Shown here in pieces: positions 27,512 to 40,164 of a stretch of 64,000 nucleotides of DNA. A program made the translations under genes and the position numbers. The stretch lies in NCBI GenBank assembly GCA_964016885.1, contig OZ024742.1, positions 51,212,001 through 51,276,000 on the forward strand, in the 5' to 3' direction. The notes under the pieces are model-generated. The model was given only the letters and a program-made list of their open reading frames with translations. It had not been told where the DNA came from and did no database searches. Within the stretch, counting starts at the first letter, position 1. Each line of letters opens with the position of its first letter. Origin of the DNA: Eledone cirrhosa. Taxonomy: Eukaryota.

Positions 27512-29382
27512 TCCATCTCCTCCATGAGCCTTGCCCTCCTTGATTTTCTTATTGGCTCTCTAAAGCTCCTCTCTGGTGAATGGCGCTGTCTCAATATCCA
27601 GTTCTTCAAACAGCCGCCTAATCTCCCCAGTGTTCTGGGTTGTGGAGGGTGGCTCTCCTAGTAGGGTCCTAAAATGGTCTAGCCATTTCCTCTTCCTATC
27701 ATCGGGCCCTGTTCCCTGGATCTGACTCGAACACCTTCTCTTCCTCCCTGTGATCTCGTTGATGATCATCCAGCTCTCCTTACATCCAGATCTGTCAACC
27801 GCTCTCTCCACACTTCTGATCTTCTCTATCAGTGTCTCCTATCTGGCCTCAGTGTAAGCGGTACAGAGTTCTTCCCTCATCACCTCCACAGTCACCATCC
27901 TCTCCTCCGTAGGATCAGCATAGAATTGGTCCTTGGCAGCTTTCAGGTGTTCTCTGGCTGCACACACTTTTGGTTTTGCAGAGCTGATGTGCTTCCTTTT
28001 GTTATTTTTCCTCGGCACCAGGGTCTCACTTGCTTCCGCCACTGCATTGGTGAAGTGCCCGTACCTCCTCGTCACACTCTCCGCAGTCCATCCAATCTCT
28101 CTCTCTCTCTCTTCTGTTTATCCACACATAGCACTGAACCTGTTCCTTACTTCCACTGTGAACCTCTCTTGTAGCTTATCATCTTCCTTGAAAGCTCCCC
28201 AGTCATAGATTGCTCTCCGGGGATGAGCCTTGCTGTTTCTTAAGCTCACCCGAAGCTCCCTCATAACACGCCGGTGGTCACTACCCAGTGTACTGAAATA
28301 GTTGTATGGTTCTCTGTTCAGAACACTATTCCGCCACTTTTTCCTCACCAGAATGAAATTAATCTAGGACTTGGAGAGGTGCATATCTGAGATGTAGGTC
28401 CATATCTCCCCCGGATTCTTCCTAAACCTTGGGTTGGTCGCTAACAAGTTCGCCTCCAGCAGGCTGTCTCTCAGTAGTCTTCCATTTCGTTTGGTGTTGC
28501 TATGGATGTACCAGCAAGGATCTTCGCTGCCGTCCTTACTCAGATGTGCATTGAAGTCCCCCAAAACAAGCAGGATGTTGTGTGCTTGAGTGGTGTCGAC
28601 AGCTCCATACACCTCCTCATGGAACTCTTCCGGACTCACATCACTGTCTCCCTCGGTTGGACTATAGGCTGAGATGACTCTCAGTCTTGGGTTTCGATTG
28701 AAGGTCACCCTCAACACTCGCGGGGAGACAGGCATTATTTCCATCACCAATATACTGGTTTTTGTGCTGAAAACAAAACCCACTCCTCCCACTGCAGCAT
28801 TGGTCATGTTCCTCACTGCCGATGTGGTGATGAGCTGGCTCCTCTTCCCAATCATCACACTCCTCACGGGCTCATCATGTAGGATCGTGTGTTCTGGTAT
28901 CGCAACTATCTGTATAACACTCTCCTCGAACAGATGTCCCAACTCCTCTCTCTTCTCCAGCGTCCGAATAGTCCTCACATTCAAAGTGCCCATTTTGATG
29001 GATTTTCTGCAGGACAAAACTGCATTCTTTATATTTGTCTCAGAGACAGCTGATCCATCATCCACTGACCCTCTCTGTGGCTCTAAGCCAGCAGAGTCAT
29101 AACGACCAGACTGCTCCTTGACAGTGTAATTAGGGGCTCTAACCCTAGTGCTGTTAGATTGACTCTCCATATTTATTTTCAATGACTGACGATACCTTAC
29201 CGGCGCCACTCGAATAAGGTAGTTATTTAACCGATAAATGGGGCCCTAACAGGTACTACTACTCCGCGCCACAGCAGACCTGGGAGTTATGACAGCTAAG
29301 GAGTAACTCCACATTCCCCACAGCTCCTGAAGTCCGGAACTGGAGCCTGCCACTTGATGTAGTTTAAGGTCATATAGAGGAC
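26069..29382 (-). mobile_element. Near full-length RTE-group LINE (APE + RT), disrupted by stops/frameshifts in the 5' half
   Basis: APE motifs GTLNVRT, AYSPT, LGDFNA, SDHR. RT motifs [51 protein letters not shown]. (TA)n at both ends. Confidence 0.93.
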
Positions 29383-29446
29383 ATATATATACATATATAT
29401 ATATATATACATGTTGATATATATATATTGATATATATCAATATGT

Positions 29447-29765
29447 ATACTCACGTCGGACGGTCTGTACTTCTCTCGCTCATGAAATCCACCCAGCTTA
29501 TGCTGACCGGACAACCATGTTGCTTGTTTATTTTCTTATCTTTGGTTTGCTTTTATCCTTCTATGTTGTTTACTTGTCCCCATCGCTTTACGCGATTTAC
29601 TGGTCCCAATAACTTTTCTTAGTTATTGCTCGCACCAACCTGAGGTATCTGATTTTTAATGCGCTGAAATACCAATGATGGCTGGAAAATCACTGACGAA
29701 GGACTATATTTATCATATGTAACCCATGTGCAAACACGCAGTATTCTTCTTTCTTCTCATGTTTT
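29447..29765 (+). repeat. Repeat family Y copy between TA tracts
   Basis: Homologous to 1-230, 441-510 and 18348-18548. Confidence 0.75.
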
Positions 29766-29990
29766 ATATATATATATATATAAATATATATATATACATA
29801 TTGATATATATATTTTTCGTTATTTTTCTCTGATATTGGCTTAATAAAGGCGAGATGATCAATTATAGACTTTTACAGCCCGTGAGAAAAGAAATATGTT
29901 GCTTTTTATTAGTATATAAATTATTATTAGTATATAAATTATTAGTATATAAATTATTGGATTTTTATTATCATATAACACTATATAAGG

Positions 29991-30777
<787 letters not shown>

Positions 30778-30802
30778 TAGTCTTAAAATATATTATTATT
30801 AT

Positions 30803-30950
30803 CGGTGGATTGGCAGTATCGGGAGAGGGTCGGACGCCATGCTTTCCAGCATAGTTATGTCCCTTTACGATCTGAGTTCAAATCCCGCCGAGGTTGACTT
30901 TGCCTTTCATCCTTACGGGGTCGATAAATAAAGTACCAGTAATGCACCGT
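30803..30950 (+). mobile_element. tRNA-type SINE
   Basis: A-box-like TGGCAGTATCGG, B-box GAGTTCAAATCC and shared core tttgcctttcatccttacggggtcgataaataaagtaccag. Confidence 0.85.
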
Positions 30951-31110
30951 CGGTCAGTCAATGGCAACATTGAGGACCGAGTAAGTTAGATCGCAGATAT
31001 AAAAGACAGCGAGAAGCGAAAACCAACCAAACAGTGAGTGTGTTCTGTTATTAATTCTGGCAATATTACGCAAATATGACCCTCACCAAGTATAACAGAT
31101 ATATATATTG

Positions 31111-31151
<41 letters not shown>

Positions 31152-31153
<2 letters not shown>

Positions 31154-31348
31154 ACGAAGGAAATGTGGTACGGAACCAGGTGGACCATAACGCACCAAAG
31201 TACTCAATACTTGAGGTAGTAGAGTGGGTAATAGGAACCAGTAAGACCCCGACAGCTGAGCTCAAGCCGTTTCGACGGCTAATTCTGGACTCAGTCCAGA
31301 ATTAGCCGTCGAAACGGCTTGAGCTCAGCTGTCGGGGTCTTACTGGTT

Positions 31349-31353
<5 letters not shown>
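31152..31353. repeat. Family Z fold-back: perfect 61-bp-arm palindrome plus ~80-bp tail
   Basis: 31231-31291 is the exact reverse complement of 31293-31353. Each arm holds an HHR 3' half, GAAAC-ggct-tgagctc-agct-GTC. Confidence 0.95.
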
Positions 31354-31386
<33 letters not shown>

Positions 31387-31390
<4 letters not shown>

Positions 31391-31730
31391 TAAACGGAAT
31401 AGAAAATGCTGACAAATTGTTCACAGTGAAAAATAGTTTAATTAGGAATAAGTGAGAATTAGTAATTGTATTGGTTAGTATTCAGTTTTGGTTTTAAGTT
31501 TTACCGGTTGCGCATTTCTAATGCTTTTCAAAATTAATTTTGAGATAGAGCGTCCGCGATGTTTGCTCTTAAAACCAAATCTGAATACTAACTGAATACC
31601 AACCAATACAATTACTAATTCTCACTTATTCCTAATTAAACTATTATTCACTGTGAACAATTTGTCGGCATTTTCTATTCCGTTTACCAATATATAATAA
31701 CTTGTGTGTTACACCTCTATTCTTTTTAAT
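31387..31730. repeat. Fold-back element H copy 2 (inner part of right arm missing)
   Basis: Same left-arm endpoints (ttggtaaacgg ... tgtttgctc) and the same tail as 21807-22230. Confidence 0.92.
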
Positions 31731-31786
31731 ATATATATATATAATGACGAAACAAGTCAATTGCATCAACTCATAATCCTTTATTT

Positions 31787-31842
31787 ACTGCTATATATAT
31801 TTCGATGATAGCCATTGAATGGCTATGACATCATCAGGCAGT
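31787..31842 (-). ncRNA. Minimal type I hammerhead ribozyme in a ~170-bp solo fragment
   Basis: actgc-CTGATGA-tgtc-atagccat-tca-atggctat-catc-GAAA-tatata-TA-gcagt, followed by AATAAA. The fragment (31743-31910) lies between TA tracts. Confidence 0.8.
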
Positions 31843-31910
31843 TTGTCAGTTCTTAGATATGCCAGCTCTGTGTTTATAGTGTTGATGGTATCAGAGTCTT
31901 GGGACATATC

Positions 31911-31949
<39 letters not shown>

Positions 31950-32112
31950 GTGAGTTTTTTTTTACAAGATGTAAAATAACCGAGGTGTCCTACACGAGTG
32001 AAAGTATAAAGAAAAAAAGATGAAATCGAAAATGCAATTGGAGTCTTATTTTTTTTTAAATATATATATATTTATATACATATTGATATATATCAATATA
32101 TATATATCAATA

Positions 32113-32159
<47 letters not shown>

Positions 32160-32764
32160 AAAAAAGTATTTTCCTTTCAAATCATATTCAGAAGTGTGTG
32201 AGATTTTAGTTTGTCGTGACATTAGTTTACTTGTTAGGGGTTTTTATTTTTATTGCGGGAGTAATTTAAAATTAATTGAGATAGCCAGGCTCATTAAATT
32301 ATATCGCATTTCGATTTTTCATGCAGAGTGCATCCTTGGACAATACATTCTTGTGATTTAATGAACCTCTATAGCATCCAGTTCATTAATTTGATGTAAA
32401 CATATTAAAGGGATGGCGTAGGTTCATTAGTGTAATACTATTGAGACACAGCTTGATTACTTTCGATGCCTGAAGTGCATAACCTGTTAATAAGCCACAA
32501 TGATATTCAGCTTCAACACCACATATAAACATATGTTGTTTGGAATTGGAAGCATATATTAGATGCATCAAACAATATATTCTGATATTATTAAGAGAAT
32601 GAGATATAACTACAAATTACAATAAAGTATATATAATTGTTATTCGATTTTTATGCTTATATCTTGAAATATTTTGATACGAGGCAACCTTTTGTATGAA
32701 GTAAATATTCCACGAAATGCAAAAATGATCCGTACTCAGTTACTGTGAGCATAGATCATTGTAT

Positions 32765-32945
32765 AATAATTGTTTCTACGTTAGGCACAAGGCCAGAAAT
32801 TACCCAGTGCATTACTGGTACTTTATTTTATCGACCCCGTAAATATGAAAGGCAAAGTCAACCTCGGCGGGATTTGAACTCAGATCATAAAGGGACGTAA
32901 CTATGCTGGAAAGTATGGCGTCCGACCCTCTACCGATACTGCCAA
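32765..32945 (-). mobile_element. tRNA-type SINE
   Basis: Reverse complement of the 30803 family, with a TTA-type tail. Confidence 0.88.
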
Positions 32946-33590
32946 AATAATGTGTTTGAATATGTTGCCATCATTTCTAACTTCTGCTATAAGACTGTAC
33001 TAGTGACGTGAACGCGTCTAAGGTCTTACGATGTAAGTAATTCTAACACACGCTTTCTTCTAGTTATTAATTCTTTAAACTATAGTTAATGGCAGTGATA
33101 GGCTATTGAGTTACAATTCATTTGGGAACTCTTCGGACTGTGAATTAAACTTGCTCTGGAATTTACAATCCACATCATTCACAACCATACTAAAAAGGAG
33201 AATAGCAAAATAAGTAAACCTCACACGCAGTCATACACATAAATATATATACAAGCACAACGCTATACAGGTCCCACTGCTGATCAGATAACTCGATATA
33301 TATTTTGTGGGGTTGTTGAATGAAAATCCCAATATGCATACAATACTTGGAGCGTAGACTATTAAAGCTGATAAAAATAGCCATGACTGTAATTATATTA
33401 TTTAGGAATCTATCAGGAAGTGATAGATTAAGTTATGAAGTATTAAAGTATTTCAGAGCTGCTGGGTCTTGATGTTAGTGCAGGTATATATTGATGCAAT
33501 AGATATTGAGGAAATGCAGCCATATAACTGATCAGCTCCTGTATACTGAGTTGCAGATGATAATTATCACTGAATAACCTGTGCACTTAC

Positions 33591-33754
33591 CTAGGATCAA
33601 TTTTTCAAATATACTTTGTTGTAATGTTAGCATCAATTTGATTACACATATCGTCCGTAGACCGCTTTGTAGAAATCCCTGGGTTGTAATATCTATATAG
33701 TACGAGTCTTTACATCCCATTACATCGATCCTTTTCGATTTATTCTTACGATAA
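33591..33754 (-). CDS. Candidate exon of an unidentified gene
   Basis: ttttcAG acceptor, G|GTAAGT donor, one open frame (YRKNKSKRIDVMGCKDSYY...FEKLIL). No homology recognised. Confidence 0.3.
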
Positions 33755-34241
33755 CTGAAAATCTATACGTACTTACATTCCCATAATATATACACTAATA
33801 ATGTTCAATAAATGTAATTTATAACTTCAACGTAAGTGTGAAGAAATAAGTAGGTTCGTTAAAAAATGCAGGTTGGAGAATTAATATTTAACCGTATATG
33901 ACACACTATAGGAAAGAATAAAAAGGATTATAGAGTATGAAGAGAGCTGCAAATTTTCTAGTACTAGGTGATGTAAAACGCATAAGTGAGGGGCTGACTT
34001 ATATAATTCATAAGCACTGCGTCAAACACGATAAAGAGAATGAATTATGGAGATAGTTATTGGTCTTTAACACATTGGGATATATCGTAGTTCTATTATC
34101 AAATATATTCTACGCGAGACTATTCTGTCATTTTATCTCTCTCGAATTATGTTGTCGAATATGTATTTAACGATTCATTTTAGACAACATTTAGAAGGAG
34201 CAGGAGCGTATAAAAGTTCCTCATCCAGAGTTCTTCGTAAT

Positions 34242-34412
34242 TATAATAACTGTTTCTACTTTTGGCACAAGACCAGCAATTATCCCAGTGCATTACTGGT
34301 ACTTTATTTTATCGACCCCGTAAGGATGAAAGGCAAAGTTAGCCCCGGCAGGATTTGAACTCAGATCAGAAAGGCGCATAACTCTGTGCTGCAAAGCATG
34401 TTGTTCGACCCT
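34242..34412 (-). mobile_element. tRNA-type SINE
   Basis: Same family core and B-box. Confidence 0.85.
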
Positions 34413-34893
34413 AATGACATTAAGTAGGTGGTGCAAGGGAACACTGATATATGTGATAGAAACATATTTTGGATATAGTGAAAATATCTCCTCCAGTACG
34501 TAGCAAATATAGTAAAATATTCAACTGTTAAAAGCGCATACTAAAGTCTATAGAAATAATGTAGGTATTTGTCACAAAAAAAAAATTGAAAGAAAAGAAG
34601 ATCCGAGAATTGTATAGCGTTATATATGTGGGAAGTTGAGAAAGATATGAAGACAATTTGCAAGCGCATTGACCTGAAAACCTTCGAGTACGGAACCTTG
34701 CAAAAATGTATCTCCGAAATAATTTATAAATAGTATCATGTTTAATAAGATAAACAACCCTGTTTGGTTTTGCCCTTCCATGTTCAGATTTAAATCCCCA
34801 AAACCTAATAACATCGTTTTTTTCATTCTTTTTTTCTTCTTCTTTAAATATAAATATATCCAAATAAATACGCATGTGCGTCTTTCCGTTTCG

Positions 34894-35054
<161 letters not shown>

Positions 35055-35069
35055 ATTTATATATATATA

Positions 35070-35110
<41 letters not shown>

Positions 35111-35169
35111 GTATATATCCTAATATAACTGTAAAATTTGCTTCCTGTGTTTCCTTTGTTTCATATATT

Positions 35170-35207
<38 letters not shown>

Positions 35208-35384
35208 CGATATTAATAAATGGAAACTATATTTATAAAACCATATTTATTTCATTATACATATTTCAGGGATACCAAATTAAATTATGGTATGCCTTTT
35301 CATCAAACAAAATAGAATATATAACAGTTTTACAAATAAGCTTTGACGTTCCCTATTAAAATGCAATATATATTTATATATATG

Positions 35385-35457
<73 letters not shown>

Positions 35458-35713
35458 AGAGTATTGAAGTTTGCGTGAAGCATTGTGGAATAATAAATAA
35501 ATATTTTAAGTCGTTTGGAAGCCCCGACAATGCAAATGGGTAAATCTCCGGGAAACAAGATCCGGTGGTGGAGATAGAGATGTAAGTGCGTGTACGTTGA
35601 GATGCGTGGTGTGTACAGATGTGTAAATGTCTAGAAGAAAGAAGGGAAGAGTATAAAGGATAAAATTAAAAAAACAACACAAGAGAGAGTTACCTTGGGA
35701 GAGATTTAATAGT

Positions 35714-35748
35714 CCCTATATATTTCGGATTCACATCCATCAACTGGG
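35714..35748 (-). ncRNA. Minimal hammerhead-like motif, variant core CAGUUGA
   Basis: cc-CAGTTGA-t-ggat-gtga-atcc-GAAA-tata-TA-ggg. Confidence 0.55.
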
Positions 35749-37795
35749 TTTTTTTCCGGGGTAAAGGTTGTCTGTCGGACAGGTGCGAAACGCGTCCTCC
35801 GCTGTTTGTTGTTTTGAATATCTGAGGTATTCGGAAGAGCGCGCGTGCGCGTGAAATGGGGTCGGTCGGACAGAGGACAGCGGCCGTATGAGGGAGTGGG
35901 GTGGCGCTAGCTGTCAGTCCATTCTCTGCCTCTTTGTTAAATGTTACTGTGTGTGTGTGTGCGTGTGTTGTCTCGCTTGAGTGTGTGTGTTGTGCGTGTG
36001 AAGTTGCCTTGTTCCTCTGTATTGGCAGTGTAGTATGTTCGTATGGTGGAATGCTACTGTGTGTTTGTGTGTAGTTGTCTCGTTTGTGTGTGCGTGTTTT
36101 GTGTGTTGCTACATCGTTTGTTAACTTAAACCAGCCATCTCATTTCGCTTCTCTCTAATCGGTTGTTTATCTGCGGTTGAAGGCGTTTGATAAAAAAGTG
36201 CTTCCTTGAACGTAACGTGCCGACGTTTCTTTCAGTCGCTAGAATTGTGACAATGGGCCTTCCGTCTTTGTTTCCGCATTTGTCTATGTTTTTTCCGGAA
36301 AGACGAGGCCCTGGTTTTAGTGTGTTCCTCTATCCGGATGTGCAAAGGTCGGATTGTTCTACCTATGTAGTATTGGTTGCAACTTTCACATTCTATCTTA
36401 TACACGACGTATGTTCGTAGGCAACAGTTCGCATGGCGTATCGGGCAGTCTCTGAGGGAGCATGCGTCAGTAGATTTCCCGGGTTTCTTGGAGAGGCATC
36501 TTCGAAGGGAGGGGCCCGAGTGGGCCAGGTGGATGTCGAGGCCCTCCCTCCGTATAGCCTTGCGGATAGCGTAGGTGGTATTCTCGCCCAGATGTGGAAT
36601 TTTAAGGAAGCACTTGCCTTGGGTGCCTCTCTGTCTCTTGTGTCTGGTGTCTCCTATTCTGTCTGTGATCGAGGTAGGGTACCCGTTCGTCTCCAGCACC
36701 TCGAGGAATCGCTTGGTATGAGTGACACCACTCGCGGGATCGCTGCATCTGTTTTTGATTCGCGCGATCTTGTTCGTGATGTATCCTCTTTTGGCACTGT
36801 TAGGGAGGGCGGACTTGTAGTGAATGAACAGGTCCCTGCAGGCTGCCTTTCGGTAGAAGTTGCAGTGGATCCTTCCCTGTTCCGTGATGTTGATTCGGAA
36901 GTCGAGGAGGGCAAGTGACCCGTCTTCGTTGTGGTGTTCAACACTGAAGTCAATATTCTCGTCCGTGTTTTTGAACGTCTCATAGATTCTGTTCGCCGTG
37001 TCTTGGGAAGATGTGAGGATGAGGATATCGTCCACGTACCTTGAGAAAAAGGCTATGGCGTTGGGGTGGCAGGCGTTGAGTGCCTTGCGTTCGAGGTTGT
37101 CCATGTAAGAGATCGCTAGCACACCTGATAGGCTTGATCCCATGGGCAATCCCGAGGTTTGTTGGTATGTTTGGTCAAGGAATCCGAAGTAGGTGTTGTC
37201 GACGACGATGGATAGGAGTTGGTGGATGTCAGTGGTGGTGAGCCCGAAGCAGAATACTCAAACCCATCTTAGACACCTTGCCGGGACACCTTAACAGCTT
37301 CGATGAGGTGTTGAAGCGCCTGCATCAAATGGATCCCGACACCAGAAGGAATAACAGATATGCCTTCAGCCTTGATCTAGTCGCTCTCTACACCTCGGTC
37401 CCGGCACTCCCGGCCGTCAATATACTGATGGAACGCGTCCAATCCACCGACTTACACTGCTTCGGGCTCACCACCACTGACATCCACCAACTTCTATCCA
37501 TCGTCGTCGACAACAATACAGAGGAACAATACAGAGGAACAAGGCAACTACACACGCACACACTCAAGCGAGAAAACACACGCACACACACACACAGTAA
37601 CATTTAACAAACAGGCAGAGAATGGACTGACAGCTAGCGCCACACCACTCCCTCATTCGGCCGCTGACCTCTGCCCGACCGACCCCATTTCACGCGCACG
37701 CGCGCTCTTCTGCATACCTCAGATATTCAAAATAACAAACAACGGAGGACGCGTTTCGCACCTGTCCGACAGACAACCTTTACCCCGGAAAAAAA

Positions 37796-37831
37796 CCCCA
37801 GTTGATGGATGAGAATCCGAAATATATAGGG
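37796..37831 (+). ncRNA. Minimal hammerhead-like motif, variant core CAGUUGA (inverted pLTR copy)
   Basis: ccc-CAGTTGA-t-ggat-gaga-atcc-GAAA-tata-TA-ggg. Confidence 0.55.
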
Positions 37832-38039
37832 ACTATTAAATCTCTCCCAAGGTAACTCTCTCTTGTGTTATTTTAATTTTATCCTTTATACTCTTCCCTT
37901 CTTTCTTCTAGACATTTACACATCTGTACACACCACGCATCTCAACGTACACCCACTTAAATCTCTCTCTCCACCACCGGATCATGTTACCCAGAGATTT
38001 ACCCATTTGCATTGTCGGAGCTTCCAAACGTCTTAAAGA

Positions 38040-38120
<81 letters not shown>

Positions 38121-38392
38121 TAAGGTATGTCTATAGAATCGTTTGATAAAATATATACACCATTTCCTCCCCCAATTAGCATAATTAACCACATAAAAAA
38201 TCAATTAGACCAGGCTATAAGATTAAAGGCTCCTATGAAGAAATATTTGATAAATAAATGAGAGCAGCCTCTTCGCGGCCGGCCGCGATAGAATATTTAC
38301 CCAACATTTCAACAGCATGTAGAAATCGACTAAATATACCGTCAACCATACACAATTAGGGATAGAATTAAAGTTAGAAGAAATGCATACAC

Positions 38393-38630
38393 TCTTACCA
38401 TGATTATGTCTCTACCCTCGGGTTTCGTGCGTGTTCTGAGATATCCTATTAAGGATAAAATCTCGAGTTTCGAACTCCTCAGGAAACAAACTCATTGGAC
38501 AGGTAATTTTCCAAAACGATCCCCTCCAGAAACAGATTCAAAATGGCTAAGAATCGTGACGTGGCAGTGGTCAAGTTAGAAAGAATGTGATTGGTTGCTT
38601 ACGGCGATTGGGCTGGTTGCTAGATAATAA
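38393..38630 (-). promoter_or_regulatory. Putative Pol II promoter and first exon ending in ATG|GTAAGA
   Basis: Two CCAAT boxes (38590-94, 38607-11), two RFX X-box-like sites (38594-608, 38616-28), TGACGTGG (38557-64), YY1-like GCCATTTTG (38539-47) and a donor at 38398. Confidence 0.5.
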
Positions 38631-38824
38631 ATGAAACAAAGAAAACACAGGAAGCAATTTTTACAGTTATATTACCTTCAAATCCTCCTCCACTTACTTG
38701 GTGTAAGTGGAGGAGGATTTGACGTTTCGGACAGAAGTCTTTTTTCAGGAATGTTTGGATAAGGAGGATGGCATACCAGGCTTTGACTACAGTTATATCT
38801 TTGTTTGAGACATCCAAACTACTA

Positions 38825-39100
38825 TCCTCCGCCTCTGGCTTCCGCACGACGGGATGGAAAATACATTGCGTCAGAGGACGGTGAAGTAGGTGCGCTGGAG
38901 CAGCCACTCCAATTCACGGGGCTCACACCTGCAGGCCACCAACTTCCCTCTGGTAGAAGCGAGTAGGTATGTGATCCAGGGTCCAAGAAGGCCGAAAGTC
39001 TCCACCGATACAAGCTCTACCACAAACCAATACTATGACAGTTTGTCCTATTTGTCGGCGGACAGCGGAGCCTGGGCTTCTCCCATGCATTGTTTGGCTG
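38825..39100 (-). mobile_element. 3' fragment of CRE-type element
   Basis: Reverse complement aligns with 9340-9570 (VSVETFG..GP...CEPRELEWLLQ). Confidence 0.75.
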
Positions 39101-40164
39101 AAGATAACATTGAATACGTCATAAATATACATGTTCTGGGGCTTTCTTTTCGAGGAGAGAGTACAGAGATTAGGATGTTCTCATATAAAAAACATATATT
39201 CTGACTTGGTCTTCACAATTTTAATGTATCTGGCAAGTACACATACATAACAATCAAAGTTTGCAGTTATATTTCCCCGTAATTAACAAATTAATTATTG
39301 CTTATTCATACATAATATATCCTTGTTTATAATAAATTTAGAGAAACATAAATGTTTCAATTTATATATTAACACCTAATGTAATATGTTTAAATAATTG
39401 TTTTTGATATTAACTGGGAAGCAGTATCTCGATTCTTTAATACATTTCTATTAGTTGACCTTTCTTTGGAAATAATTAATTATTTCTAATTCAAAGACCC
39501 TGTTTGTACAAGCTTTAACAATTAGTGTTGTATTTTCCGTATATATATTATCGTACATTATTAAAGCTTCCACACATTTACGTAGACATTATATAAATTT
39601 AATTATTTCTATTTCCGACTCACAGCAATCATTGTATATTTTGTTTCCTTTCTAATTTAAATAATACGTATTTAAAATTTATTAGATCTCTGACCGTTCG
39701 AATATTATTATAACATAATAACATGGCTGACTCCAATATTTCCTCACAAACTTTGCCGGTGTTTCTTGTTCTACTACTATTAACATGATTACTATTACAG
39801 ATAAATGGAAATATCGTTTGATTGATGGTTAATAATTTATGACTCTAATTTTAACATGTCATGCATATTGCTTATAGTATACCGCATTATTATGCTTTCA
39901 AACGTATATATCTTATTTAAAGAGAATTTGTAATTACAACTATAATTTCCATTAAATTAATTTTCCATAATATACTTGAAACAACATATTAACTTCTCTT
40001 TCCGTTTTATAATTTTTAAGCGAGATTTGAATGTTATAAGTAATATCATAATATATTATATTATAATTCTTCCAATTTTACAGGTTAATAAAATACTTGC
40101 TATGACCAAAAGATTAAAGTTCTTCAGAACTTATTTTCAGTCCATTTCTGTAGATTTTAATAAT

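Larger units (their letters stand above)
35455..38045 (-). mobile_element. 5'-truncated Penelope-like element with inverted 5' segments
   Basis: Minus ORF GLPMGSSLSG, RYVDD, LALLDF, C..CP.....C, VYKIEC..C.QYYIGRT.RPLHIRI.EH. 37253-37514 is an inverted RT piece and 37515-38045 is an inverted copy of ~35498-36024. TA tracts at both ends. Confidence 0.93.

Noticed and set aside
26433-29102. Plus-strand ORFs overlapping the RTE LINE (and similar antisense ORFs over the PLE, CRE and Tx1 elements)
   Set aside because: Antisense shadows of coding sequence with no independent motifs.
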